Virus record (IMG/VR): IMGVR_UViG_3300028591_000071
Strand: one strand, 5' to 3'
Length of the DNA stretch: 64,000 nucleotides
Source: a virus
Lineage: Duplodnaviria > Caudoviricetes
Below the pieces are notes generated by a model, which did not search any database, was not told the origin of the DNA, and worked only from the letters and a program-made list of their open reading frames with translations. Position numbers and translations under genes: made by a program. This document shows positions 1 to 9,185 of the stretch, piece after piece (the stretch's first letter is position 1; each line of letters opens with the position of its first letter).

Positions 1-508
1 TCTTCACTACATTGTCGTAGTCATTCTCACCGGTGAGGTCATATGTATTGTCGCCTACCTGATAGTTTGAAAATTCATCCCATCCTTCTTCGCCTTCACC
101 ATCCTGAGGTTCTGCAGGCTCTTCGCCTTCGATACCCGCATCAACTGGTGCTTCCTCGGCTCCTGCCTGTGGCTGTTCTGCTCCCGCCTGCATTGCATTA
201 GGGTCCTGTGCTCCCGCCTGTGGCTGAGGTCCTTCTATCTCGTCATTCTCGTCTTCGCTGACATCTGATGAAGAACTTTCTTCGGAATCTTTTTCATTCT
301 CATCTTCGGCGTCATTCTTTTCGTCATCATCGACAACCTCGTAGTCCTTTTCTTCCTCGTCTTCTACGCTCTCTCTGAGTGCGTCCTTAACGGCTTCATT
401 AAGCATACTACCAAGTGTCTTCTTGCTCTCCTCCTTTATAGCGGAAACTATTGAATCCATCTCTAAAAGTGCTTGAGCTGCTACGCCTTTATTATTCTTT
501 ACGCTCAT
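1..508 (-). CDS. Prohead core/scaffold protein (gp22-like position), runs off the left edge
   Basis: ATG at 508 gives MSVKNNKGVAAQALLEMDSIVSAIKEESKKTLGSMLNEAVKDALRES..., very acidic; directly downstream of the prohead protease; ATATTTAT motif at 544-551. Confidence 0.65.
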   Translation of the reverse strand, partial: MSVKNNKGVAAQALLEMDSIVSAIKEESKKTLGSMLNEAVKDALRESVEDEEEKDYEVVDDDEKNDAEDENEKDSEESSSSDVSEDENDEIEGPQPQAGAQDPNAMQAGAEQPQAGAEEAPVDAGIEGEEPAEPQDGEGEEGWDEFSNYQVGDNTYDLTGENDYDNVVK

Positions 509-621
509 TTTAAAATCAGCAATTATTTCGGTTATTTTTAATAATAAATATCAGTATGTTTTGAAAAAAATCGTAAATGCCTACTAAAACAGGTGTTTAT
601 GGTTTCTATTTAAACCTTTTC

Positions 622-1344
622 TTAAAGAATTTGCCCCAAAATCTCATCTGCCCTGATGAATCTTTCGTCCAAAACAGGCTTCTCTTCCTCTTTTGACTCA
701 AGATATTGCCCCAATTCTTCCTTTCCGTTAGGGGAGATAAAGGCCCCCGGAGTACTAGGGTCACTAACCACATCCCAACAGACTATCTCATAATCATCAG
801 CCACATAGAGTATTCCCATCTTGTTCGTAACGGTTCCGAGACCCCTTGATGAAACGCCTATTTTATATCCTTGCAGCAAAAGGTTTGCTGTTTGGTCACC
901 CTGACAGGATATGATTCCATGCTTCCTGAAGCCCGGGCTTGTTATGATTTCAAGTTTTCCTACAAGCGTGTGTCCTTCCCAATGGAGTTCTACAATGTTT
1001 ATCGCAACGCGTGAAAGGTCTATTACTGATTCTGATGGGTGATTCAATTCTCCCATTGCCCTTTTCTCCTGAATCTTGGCCGCGTAGTTATTTACTTCCC
1101 TCTTAAGGATTTCCTCAGGATAAATTCTTCCGTTTGCGTTCTCAATGCCGTATTTTTGGAATACCGCATCTACAACAAATGGGTATGGGCAATGAAACTC
1201 GTCTCCCGATGCGTTTTCGGCGTTGATTGCCTCAAACAACTTCTTATTGTTTCCGCATTCTGAGGAGATGAATCCGTCATGCTCTATAAGCAAGCCGGTT
1301 CCAGTCTGCCCCTTCTTTATTTCAACTAAATTTTGTCTGTCCAT
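622..1344 (-). CDS. Prohead core protease, T4 gp21-like
   Basis: Motifs NANGRIYP, GELNHP, GVSSRGLG, WDVVSDPSTPGAF typical of gp21-family maturation proteases. Confidence 0.92.
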   Translation of the reverse strand: MDRQNLVEIKKGQTGTGLLIEHDGFISSECGNNKKLFEAINAENASGDEFHCPYPFVVDAVFQKYGIENANGRIYPEEILKREVNNYAAKIQEKRAMGELNHPSESVIDLSRVAINIVELHWEGHTLVGKLEIITSPGFRKHGIISCQGDQTANLLLQGYKIGVSSRGLGTVTNKMGILYVADDYEIVCWDVVSDPSTPGAFISPNGKEELGQYLESKEEEKPVLDERFIRADEILGQIL

Positions 1345-1345
1345 A

Positions 1346-2506
1346 TTATAACTCCTCTGGGTGGATATAATCGTCTGTTATTATTCCCTTGTCTTTTTTC
1401 ATCTTGTCCATCCTGTCAACGAACTTGTCGTATTCAGAATCATCCTTTGCCTTATTGCAAATAAACGCCATGATTCTCCTTCCCTTCTTAGTTCCTGCAA
1501 GAACCTCTTTCATAAGGAAGTTGAATTTATCGGTCTCCAATGAAGACAATCTTTTAAATAAATAGGGTATATAGTCGAAACTTATGTCATTTAATGATTT
1601 TCTGACCATATTCCACATATGTCTTCCCAATCTCATGTCCCATGGCTCGGCCTTAAGGAAATCAGACTTTCCGAGAACGGATATAGCCCTGTTTCTTTCC
1701 TTTGGAAGCCCGTGTGAAATGAATAAATCCATGAAGCCCCTTATCGTCTCGCAAAGCAAGAACGGGAATATGACCCCCTGCGACTCTATCCTGCATTTTG
1801 TTTCCTCATTTCCGAGGCGGAGTTCAAATGTTCCCATCTGCAGGTTGTTATCGTCGGTCATTCCCAAATCTTCTTTCGTAAAGAGAAGATAATTGTTAAG
1901 GGCTGTTATTTCCGTGTATAGTTTTCTGAGTTCAGGATTTATCTCGTCAATTTGATGAAGGACGGATTCGTCGATTGAATATGATAAATCAAGGCCGATT
2001 CCCATACATACCGCATCCAAGAATCTTCTCTTATAAACCTCGCCCTTTATTGCCATCGCGTCTCCGAGGTCGTCGAATTCCATGTCTTCATCTCCGTCGG
2101 CGGGGTCTAATATGACTGAATCCCTGCTTGTGTCCACCTTGTCGGTAAGTGTTATGGAAAGGTCGACCGCATCTTCAGGAACCGCAAACAGGTCAATGAT
2201 ATAATTGAAGCATATCTTTTCGAGTTCGCTCCTATATGGCCTTTCAATTTCTTCACATTTGTGAATAAGACCAGCCAAAGCGGATTCAAGGGAAGTCTCA
2301 TCAACTCCGTCGATTGAACCTATTTCTTTTAAGGCATCCTTTGCAGAATCGAATTCGGTATTTACTACTTTCAATATATAAGGTATGTCATAGATATCCG
2401 GAATCGCCGGATTATTACCCAATGACGTGCGATGCTGTAAAACCGCCTGTCTTATATCATCAGGTATTGTATCTAATAAAATTGATTCTGTAATCAAACG
2501 TTTCAT
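1346..2506 (-). CDS. Hypothetical phage protein, probably virion-associated
   Basis: Long ORF; likely start MKRLITES at 2506, just after ACTATTTAT (2513-2521, minus strand). Confidence 0.6.
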   Translation of the reverse strand: MKRLITESILLDTIPDDIRQAVLQHRTSLGNNPAIPDIYDIPYILKVVNTEFDSAKDALKEIGSIDGVDETSLESALAGLIHKCEEIERPYRSELEKICFNYIIDLFAVPEDAVDLSITLTDKVDTSRDSVILDPADGDEDMEFDDLGDAMAIKGEVYKRRFLDAVCMGIGLDLSYSIDESVLHQIDEINPELRKLYTEITALNNYLLFTKEDLGMTDDNNLQMGTFELRLGNEETKCRIESQGVIFPFLLCETIRGFMDLFISHGLPKERNRAISVLGKSDFLKAEPWDMRLGRHMWNMVRKSLNDISFDYIPYLFKRLSSLETDKFNFLMKEVLAGTKKGRRIMAFICNKAKDDSEYDKFVDRMDKMKKDKGIITDDYIHPEEL

Positions 2507-2564
2507 ACCTATATAAATAGTTAATATATAACAAAAATGGCCCACATTGCTGTGAGCCATAACC

Positions 2565-3008
2565 TTATTTAAATGATTCCCGAAGTTGTTTCTTTGTCAT
2601 AACAGTTCCTTCTACTCTCATTTTCTTTAATCTCGCTTTTTCTATGTCTTTCTTTGAATAAGACTTTGTTTCGGATATTCCATCACCTGATATTTCAACA
2701 TCACCGCCAGTTCCTGTTGCTGCCGGGTTCAATTGATTCTGCATCGCCCTTTCAATTGTGTCACCCTTTCCGACTTCAACGTGCTGTGTCAATTTGGAAT
2801 CGTCCGACCCGTTTTGTGAATTCGGGTTTGATATGTGTATAACAGGGTCTCCGAGTTTGCTTGCCTGATTGATGTCTGCCCTGTTCTGTGTAACGGTATT
2901 TACCATTCCTGCTATGGTATTTGCCGTTGACTGGAGCCCGACATTCACATTGTTCTCCTCATTTAAACAACGGTCTAACTGCTTTGTATTAATTACAATC
3001 CTTTTCAT
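2565..3008 (-). CDS. Hypothetical head-associated protein
   Basis: N-terminus MKRIVINTKQLDRCLNEE resembles the shared leader; lies in the head operon. Confidence 0.55.
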   Translation of the reverse strand: MKRIVINTKQLDRCLNEENNVNVGLQSTANTIAGMVNTVTQNRADINQASKLGDPVIHISNPNSQNGSDDSKLTQHVEVGKGDTIERAMQNQLNPAATGTGGDVEISGDGISETKSYSKKDIEKARLKKMRVEGTVMTKKQLRESFK

Positions 3009-3009
3009 A

Positions 3010-3558
3010 TTATTTGAACTTTGGTGAATTGAATGGAGATTTCTTATTTAGTTTTCCGCCTTTCTTTTTCTCCACCGCATTATTCTTTTCATCTTCGGGT
3101 TGAGTTGTCAATAAGTTTTCGTTAATTGCCCTTAACTGACCTTTTCTGAAAATGACAGTTTCCATCATTGGTGCTGCATTCGGGTCTCCGCCTTCAGGAC
3201 CATCCATAGGTGGCATTTCCCCGCCGTCTTCAGGCCCATTTGATTCGTCTCTTGAAATCATACTTTCAATGTAACCCCTTGCCGCCTTCTTGTCTTCATC
3301 AGAAAGTTGGTTAAAGAGAGACATCGTGCTGTCATCACCTTCTCCGCCCTCAGGCTCGTTCATAGGCGGCTCGCCTTCCATTCCAGGGCCTCCTCCCATG
3401 TTTGGGTCAAGTTCTCCGTTTCCGTCAGGCGGTACATCTCCGCCCATTCCGTCCATAGGCGCTCCCGCAGGGTCTCCTTCAGGACCATTTGGGCCCATAT
3501 CTCCCGCAGGAACATCAGAAGCACCGTCCATAGGTGCCGGAGCCGGTGCCCCGCCCAT
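3010..3558 (-). CDS. Pro/Gly/acidic protein, probably the -1 frameshift extension of 3624-5411
   Basis: Frame stays open upstream of the ATG exactly to the A9 run at 3630-3638. Confidence 0.65.
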   Translation of the reverse strand: MGGAPAPAPMDGASDVPAGDMGPNGPEGDPAGAPMDGMGGDVPPDGNGELDPNMGGGPGMEGEPPMNEPEGGEGDDSTMSLFNQLSDEDKKAARGYIESMISRDESNGPEDGGEMPPMDGPEGGDPNAAPMMETVIFRKGQLRAINENLLTTQPEDEKNNAVEKKKGGKLNKKSPFNSPKFK

Positions 3559-3623
3559 AGATGGTGCTTCGTTATTGCTACCGCCTAACTTGAGGACTTT
3601 TCTCTCGTCCTCAAAGTTTTCAG

Positions 3624-5411
3624 TTACTCTTTTTTTTTATTCTCGCCCTCGATAGGGATACCGGCCTTCAATTGGTACATGATGTCCTTGGTAACTGCAT
3701 CAACCAACTGATTGAACGGGTCACCGTCACCAATCTTTGAGCCGAATGGCTCTTCGCTGTGAACGCTCTCGTCGTTCCAGTCTTCACCCCACTGATTCTT
3801 GTCTTCACCCGTTGTAGGGAGTTCCATTGGCTTCTTCCTGTAGCCAGGGTGCTTTCCGAAAACATGGAGTTCATCTTCTGCGAGAATCTTGCTAACAACA
3901 GACTCTACGATGCTGTTCATAATCTTCTGCTTTGCTTCCATCATTGGAGTTGGCTCCATCATGCTGCCGTCACCGCACTCGTCAAGGTCGTCATCGTCTC
4001 CGAGGGTATCCTCGTCTCCGCCGAATTCACCTTCTCTTTCTCCCGAGAGGTCAGCACCGAATTCACCTTCGTCGTCTGCGCCAAGGTCTTCGCCACCATC
4101 AGCGTCGAGTTCATCTTCGCCGCCGTCTGCGAATGACTCTGCGTCACCTTCGAAATCAGGTTCCTCACCTGCGATATCTCCGACAGGTTCCTCTTCGCCA
4201 CCGTCTAATTTTGCACGGAGTGCGTCAAGTTGTGCCTGAAGGTCTTCAATCTGTGCCATAAGGTCAGCATCGTCGTCGCTTTCAACGCCGTCCTCTGCAT
4301 CAAAGTCGTCTTCTGCGTCAAGTTCTGAATCAAAATCGGCAGCGCCGCCATCAACATCCTCAACACCCGCGTCAAGGTCTGTATCTGTTGCAGGGTCTTC
4401 GTCGTCTCCGCCGAAATCCTCTACATCAAAGTCATCTCCGCCTTCTGCAGGAACAGCCTCTGTGTCAACATCGGCCTCTGTATCAACAGGTGCTTCTACA
4501 TCTTCCTCTCCGTCGAGTTCTTCTTCCTCATTTACATTCTTGTTGAATGGGTCGTTGTTATGGTCGGTATCTGCCTCACCAACTCCTGCTGATGAAGGAA
4601 GTCCCTCTGAAGCCCAATCGTTCTCTTCCTCGTTGACCTTCTGCTGTCCATCCATTTCCCAACCGATTTCCTTAGGGTCGCGGCCCTTTCCGATGCCTTC
4701 GGTCCCCCAGTTCTCCGTGTTAGGGTGGAGAGGAGCGTCACCGATGTCTCCGGCCTCTTCCTTGAGCTGGTCTTTTGGATTGCCTTCACCCTGGTCGAAT
4801 GGAGCAACTTTCTTATCAACACCATTGGTCTTTGAACCCTTGTATTCAGGGTCTGCCTTTGTTTCCTTTCCGCCTTCGTCACCCTTCTTGCCTGTCTCGG
4901 CCTCAGGATTCTTGCCGTCGTACATTACAACGTCCCCGTCGCGTGAAGCGCCAATTTCGCTTGACTCTTCCATCAACATTGAAACATTGTACATAATCTG
5001 ACGTTGACGAGCGATTTCGTCGCGCATTGCGTCGGTTGCTTCCTGAAGTACCTGATGTGACCTGAAAGGATTAAGTGATTCGATATTCACTTTCTGGTCA
5101 TGCGCCTCATTGATGGAAGCCATTTTGAGTTCAAACTGCTTGAGGGCGTTTGCGTAACTCTTATATTCATAGTCGCCCTTGTTGCAGAACCCGCCAAGAT
5201 ACTCATAAGCCTCAGCGATAGTCTCCTTGCCCTTAGGAGCAGACTTAATATAATACTTGCTATTCTCCTTGATGATACCGTAAGTAACGCCGTCTGCTGC
5301 TACTGCGCGATGCTCAAGGGTGTGGGTTTTTAGGTTATTGCTCTCATTTAATTCCTTACCATAGGTATAAAGGTCTTTCATTCTTGCGAGAGCTTCGTCA
5401 AAACTTGGCAT
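3624..5411 (-). CDS. Highly acidic prohead core/internal protein
   Basis: 595 aa, D/E-rich, many L/I-x-E sites, ends in KKKE on an A9 run; ATATTTAT motif at 5455-5462. Confidence 0.7.
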   Translation of the reverse strand: MPSFDEALARMKDLYTYGKELNESNNLKTHTLEHRAVAADGVTYGIIKENSKYYIKSAPKGKETIAEAYEYLGGFCNKGDYEYKSYANALKQFELKMASINEAHDQKVNIESLNPFRSHQVLQEATDAMRDEIARQRQIMYNVSMLMEESSEIGASRDGDVVMYDGKNPEAETGKKGDEGGKETKADPEYKGSKTNGVDKKVAPFDQGEGNPKDQLKEEAGDIGDAPLHPNTENWGTEGIGKGRDPKEIGWEMDGQQKVNEEENDWASEGLPSSAGVGEADTDHNNDPFNKNVNEEEELDGEEDVEAPVDTEADVDTEAVPAEGGDDFDVEDFGGDDEDPATDTDLDAGVEDVDGGAADFDSELDAEDDFDAEDGVESDDDADLMAQIEDLQAQLDALRAKLDGGEEEPVGDIAGEEPDFEGDAESFADGGEDELDADGGEDLGADDEGEFGADLSGEREGEFGGDEDTLGDDDDLDECGDGSMMEPTPMMEAKQKIMNSIVESVVSKILAEDELHVFGKHPGYRKKPMELPTTGEDKNQWGEDWNDESVHSEEPFGSKIGDGDPFNQLVDAVTKDIMYQLKAGIPIEGENKKKE

Positions 5412-5478
5412 ATTGTTTCTATTTTTATTTCGAAATTATTTCGTTATTTTTCATATAAATATCGTTCAAAGTCAAAAA

Positions 5479-8400
5479 CTACGATAAACTATTCAATTTA
5501 TCATATGTATCTGACATCAAAGTCGTAATTTTTTCTATATATCCTAATCTTCGGAGGCACTTAAAAATAAGGTTTCCGTTTGTAATTTCTATCTCTTTAT
5601 CGTTCAGACTGCTTTTCCTTTCCTTTTTTATCTCGTCGAAAAGTTTGTCAGCATCTTCAGACACTTTCCTTATTTTATAATCGCTATCCGCTCCCTTATA
5701 AATAGTAAGAAGTTTGTCAATTTTATCAATGTATTCTGCCACCTTATTTTTAATAAGTGACTTGTTTATCTTTGACTTAGATAACTTTTCCCTTTCAGGT
5801 TCCTTAATCCATTTGTCCTTGTCGAGAGAATAGACACCGGTTGACGCATGCTTCTCTTTCGTGTCCTGTACATATAGTTCAACTGGGAAGCCGAATATCT
5901 TAAGGTCTTTATGCTCGTCGTTCCAAAGTTTCTTCTGTGAATAGAAATAGTTATCAACGAAATCGGTTCTCTTATCAACCTTTGAATAATCCATAAGGAC
6001 ATGAAGGTCAATGTCCGAAAATTTCTTATTCCAATTGTAATTGGCGAGAGAGCCCGTCATTATGATATCGTCAGGCTTGACCCAATCAACCCCAAGAAAC
6101 TCGATGAAATCGTCTGCTATATCTAATAATTTCATTCTAATCCTCGAATCGAGTCGCCCGTCTTTCCAGAATTTGGGGTTGAGTTGCGTCTTTATGTTAA
6201 ATGATGATAGGTCAATATCGTCAGGGTCTGTTGCTTCAGAAAGATTTTCTATTCCGTCAGGGTTACGCCTCTGCATGAGTTGAATGAGCCATTTTGAGTA
6301 TTTACCCTCCTGAAGGATATCCTTTGAATCCTTCTTTGCATATTCAGTCCATTTCCTGAAATAGACATTCCCCTTGAGGTATGCTTCAGATTCAATCTCT
6401 TCAAGACGCTCGTTATCCTTCACATCATCTTCTGAACTGAAATTAAGGTCAACGCCGTCAAGGTTCTGTGAGTGGTGAATCATCTCGTGCGCGTATGTGC
6501 GTAATATATCTTTAGGGTGTCTGTCCTTACAGAATATTACAATCGTTTTTGATTCAGGTTCATAATACCCTGTCTTTATGAAAAGTCCGTCCTGTTCATC
6601 CCAATTAAGTCTAATCTTCGGATATGGATATACATTGAGGCCGTCGTTCTTCATGAATTCGGCAATGGACCTCATCATAGGCGTATAATCATCTGCGGAA
6701 TGCATTTCAATTGATTCATTTACCGCATGGAAATATTCATTGTTTCCGCCTTCTCCGCCAATCTTATATTCATCTGCTTCAGGTTCTGCGCCTTCTGCCA
6801 TTTCATGTTGAACAGAGCCAAACGGAACCTTCCTACCAAATTCATCATATTCCCAAGAGCCGTCTTTTCCCGGAATAAACTTGAACACATCTTCAAACTT
6901 AATTCCAAGCAGTTTTTCCAACTGGCCCTTTGTGAGATAGTCTCCGTCAAATTCGTTTGGCATGTTGTATCTTGAATATACGACGAAATTGTTTTTAAAA
7001 ACGATGACAACAAATCTGCTGAGGCCATAGTAGTCGTATGGGAATTTCCAAGAGCCGGGTTTGTTTGTCCAAGACAAGTCGCTGTTTATAAGACCCATTT
7101 CGCCCATGTCATCCTCTTCTCCTGCGATATCGCATAGTTCTCCGAATTGGTTTGCATATTCCTGATTTTCCATCGCCTCGTCGTGCTTGTTGATGAGTTC
7201 TTCGTTCTCAACGAGGTAAACAGTCCCGTCTCCAATCAATCCATACCAAAGGTCGTCTGCATATGAAATACACCATTCGCCATCGCAACGGGCATTCATT
7301 TCATCATAACTATCAATTCTTGTAACGGTGAACCCGTCTTTGAGCCTGACCATTTTTTCCGATGTGGAAAATTCAGTTCCTTCGAAATCGGGGACAAAAA
7401 ACTTCTCTTTTAGTTCCTCAAAGGTTTTTCCTCCGAGATTAGGGTCGTTTATTCCTTGTCTTTCATAATAATTGCTGTTAGCAATCTTATATAATATCTT
7501 ATTAAGTACGCTGTATTCATCCCTTGGCAGTCCCTCCTCAAAAAGAATCCTCATAACCCCAAGCATGAATCTTCCTCCGCAAACTCTTGCATAAGGAATA
7601 GCCTCATAGATTTCCATTACCTTATTTCTAATGTCTTGGAAGTCAGTGAGTCCGAATTTTTCCTTAATATATTTGTTTACCTTTCGGTCGTTTGAGTTTT
7701 CGTCAATCACTTCTTCTTCCATCATTCCACCACCGGTAACTGCATCCATGATTCCGGCATTTACCTTGTTATGAACTTGGTCTTGTGCGGTTGGAACTTT
7801 TTCTTCCAGGAGATGCATCTGCATGAGTTGCTGATTATTTCTTGGCTTAAATGTTTGCAGATAGTTTATGCCTGTCAATTCCTGTATCTGCTCTGCGTTC
7901 CACATGTTGTTATGATTTTCTCCGCCGAATTCGTGGTTCCATCTCGTAGTAACATTATCAGGAAGTCCGTCCGCCCCAACTATTAGGGCAATAAGTGAAA
8001 GCCCATATTCGTCAAGCGGGCAATTTTCGCCCTGTTCCCTAGGGACATTCTCGAATCCGTCACGCATCAAGATATACAACTTTCCTCCGTTACTGAGATA
8101 TTGCGAATATTCCCATAATCCATTCTGTCCGCACACACACCAATCAGTATATTGGTCAAGCATATTAAGTATATTCCTTCCATTCGCATCAGGAGTAACC
8201 ATTCCCTGATGATTAACGGTATCGTTAATTGGAACAACCTTATAATGATGGTTGCCTCCCCCATTGTATTGCGCTAATCGTTCTTTCGCTCCATTTACAT
8301 ACGCATCCATTTTCCCGGCAAATTTTTGCATAATCTCGCCGTAAGACATACCATTAAGGTCTTTATCCAATTCTTCTCCGTCAAGCATAAACTCAGGCAT

Positions 8401-8868
8401 CTTGTCAATCATCTTCATCAACTTTGAGAACTTGATGATTCCGCCACCATTCATGTTTTCACCGAAAGAATAAAATCCGAGGTCTTGGCAAAGAATCCTC
8501 GCTATTCCGACAATATATTTATCAGGGCCGTTTCCGTGTGATATTCCGACCTGCCCCTTAAGATTAAGGACAAGGAAGTCTATGAAACGGTTCATTCCGT
8601 GTTGGTTATTCTTAACCGAGACCCACGCACCTTGTTCCTGCCCTTCCGGGTTGCACATATCATGTAACCAATTGGGCACATCTGAAAGCGGGGTCATTAA
8701 ATATGGCTTACAATATGTTCTATTGCAATTATCGGCAATGATTTTCATCACCTTCTTCCTGTCAGTTCCCGTCTCCTCGTTCAACATCATGGACCATCTG
8801 CCCGTTTTACTGGTAGATTTTTCCAATTCGTTCCGCTGATTTTCCGTTATGTAAATGGTTTTCATCAA
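5479..8868 (-). CDS. Multidomain protein: two PcfJ-like (WC) domains, zincin HExxH domain, C-terminal pol-beta-type nucleotidyltransferase
   Basis: TDWCVCG and GEWCISY; YAHEMIHH; TGSLANYNW...SDIDLH (GS..DxD). Confidence 0.7.
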   Translation of the reverse strand: MMKTIYITENQRNELEKSTSKTGRWSMMLNEETGTDRKKVMKIIADNCNRTYCKPYLMTPLSDVPNWLHDMCNPEGQEQGAWVSVKNNQHGMNRFIDFLVLNLKGQVGISHGNGPDKYIVGIARILCQDLGFYSFGENMNGGGIIKFSKLMKMIDKMPEFMLDGEELDKDLNGMSYGEIMQKFAGKMDAYVNGAKERLAQYNGGGNHHYKVVPINDTVNHQGMVTPDANGRNILNMLDQYTDWCVCGQNGLWEYSQYLSNGGKLYILMRDGFENVPREQGENCPLDEYGLSLIALIVGADGLPDNVTTRWNHEFGGENHNNMWNAEQIQELTGINYLQTFKPRNNQQLMQMHLLEEKVPTAQDQVHNKVNAGIMDAVTGGGMMEEEVIDENSNDRKVNKYIKEKFGLTDFQDIRNKVMEIYEAIPYARVCGGRFMLGVMRILFEEGLPRDEYSVLNKILYKIANSNYYERQGINDPNLGGKTFEELKEKFFVPDFEGTEFSTSEKMVRLKDGFTVTRIDSYDEMNARCDGEWCISYADDLWYGLIGDGTVYLVENEELINKHDEAMENQEYANQFGELCDIAGEEDDMGEMGLINSDLSWTNKPGSWKFPYDYYGLSRFVVIVFKNNFVVYSRYNMPNEFDGDYLTKGQLEKLLGIKFEDVFKFIPGKDGSWEYDEFGRKVPFGSVQHEMAEGAEPEADEYKIGGEGGNNEYFHAVNESIEMHSADDYTPMMRSIAEFMKNDGLNVYPYPKIRLNWDEQDGLFIKTGYYEPESKTIVIFCKDRHPKDILRTYAHEMIHHSQNLDGVDLNFSSEDDVKDNERLEEIESEAYLKGNVYFRKWTEYAKKDSKDILQEGKYSKWLIQLMQRRNPDGIENLSEATDPDDIDLSSFNIKTQLNPKFWKDGRLDSRIRMKLLDIADDFIEFLGVDWVKPDDIIMTGSLANYNWNKKFSDIDLHVLMDYSKVDKRTDFVDNYFYSQKKLWNDEHKDLKIFGFPVELYVQDTKEKHASTGVYSLDKDKWIKEPEREKLSKSKINKSLIKNKVAEYIDKIDKLLTIYKGADSDYKIRKVSEDADKLFDEIKKERKSSLNDKEIEITNGNLIFKCLRRLGYIEKITTLMSDTYDKLNSLS

Positions 8869-8890
8869 CGATAAATAGTTTTATAAACAA

Positions 8891-8917
8891 AAAGAGCCAC
8901 CGAAGCGGCTCTCTTTT
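8891..8917 (-). terminator. Intrinsic terminator (bidirectional shape)
   Basis: AAAGAGCC-ACCGAAGC-GGCTCTCTTTT downstream of 8937-9158. Confidence 0.7.
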
Positions 8918-8936
8918 CGTTATTTGCAAGATTTGA

Positions 8937-9158
8937 TTATCCACCAATCTGTGCTCCGTTCTCTTCGAAGAACTTCTCAACATCAACAATCTCGAGCTGG
9001 TCGTGCCCAAGTGCCTTAGCACCCATGAACTCGATAAGCGGCTGCTCATCGTTCGTTCCGACACCGCCGGCTGCGTCGATTGCCTTAGGCATGAGTCCTT
9101 CAAACTCAATTCCTTCGATGAAATCATAGTTCATCATTTCATGGTTTTCTGTAAACAT
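8937..9158 (-). CDS. Small protein paralogous to the N-terminus of 9186-10775
   Basis: YDFIEGIEFEGLMPKA..ALGHDQLEIV..FEENG versus YDFIEGIVFDGLAPKA..HLGADALEVI..FEKSG. Confidence 0.7.
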   Translation of the reverse strand: MFTENHEMMNYDFIEGIEFEGLMPKAIDAAGGVGTNDEQPLIEFMGAKALGHDQLEIVDVEKFFEENGAQIGG

Positions 9159-9185
9159 AATAGCTATTAGTTTTTTCTTTTATTT

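Noticed and set aside
140-5000. Short DNA repeats in head genes
   Set aside because: They encode low-complexity QAGA/acidic/Pro-Gly linkers and are not independent repeat elements.
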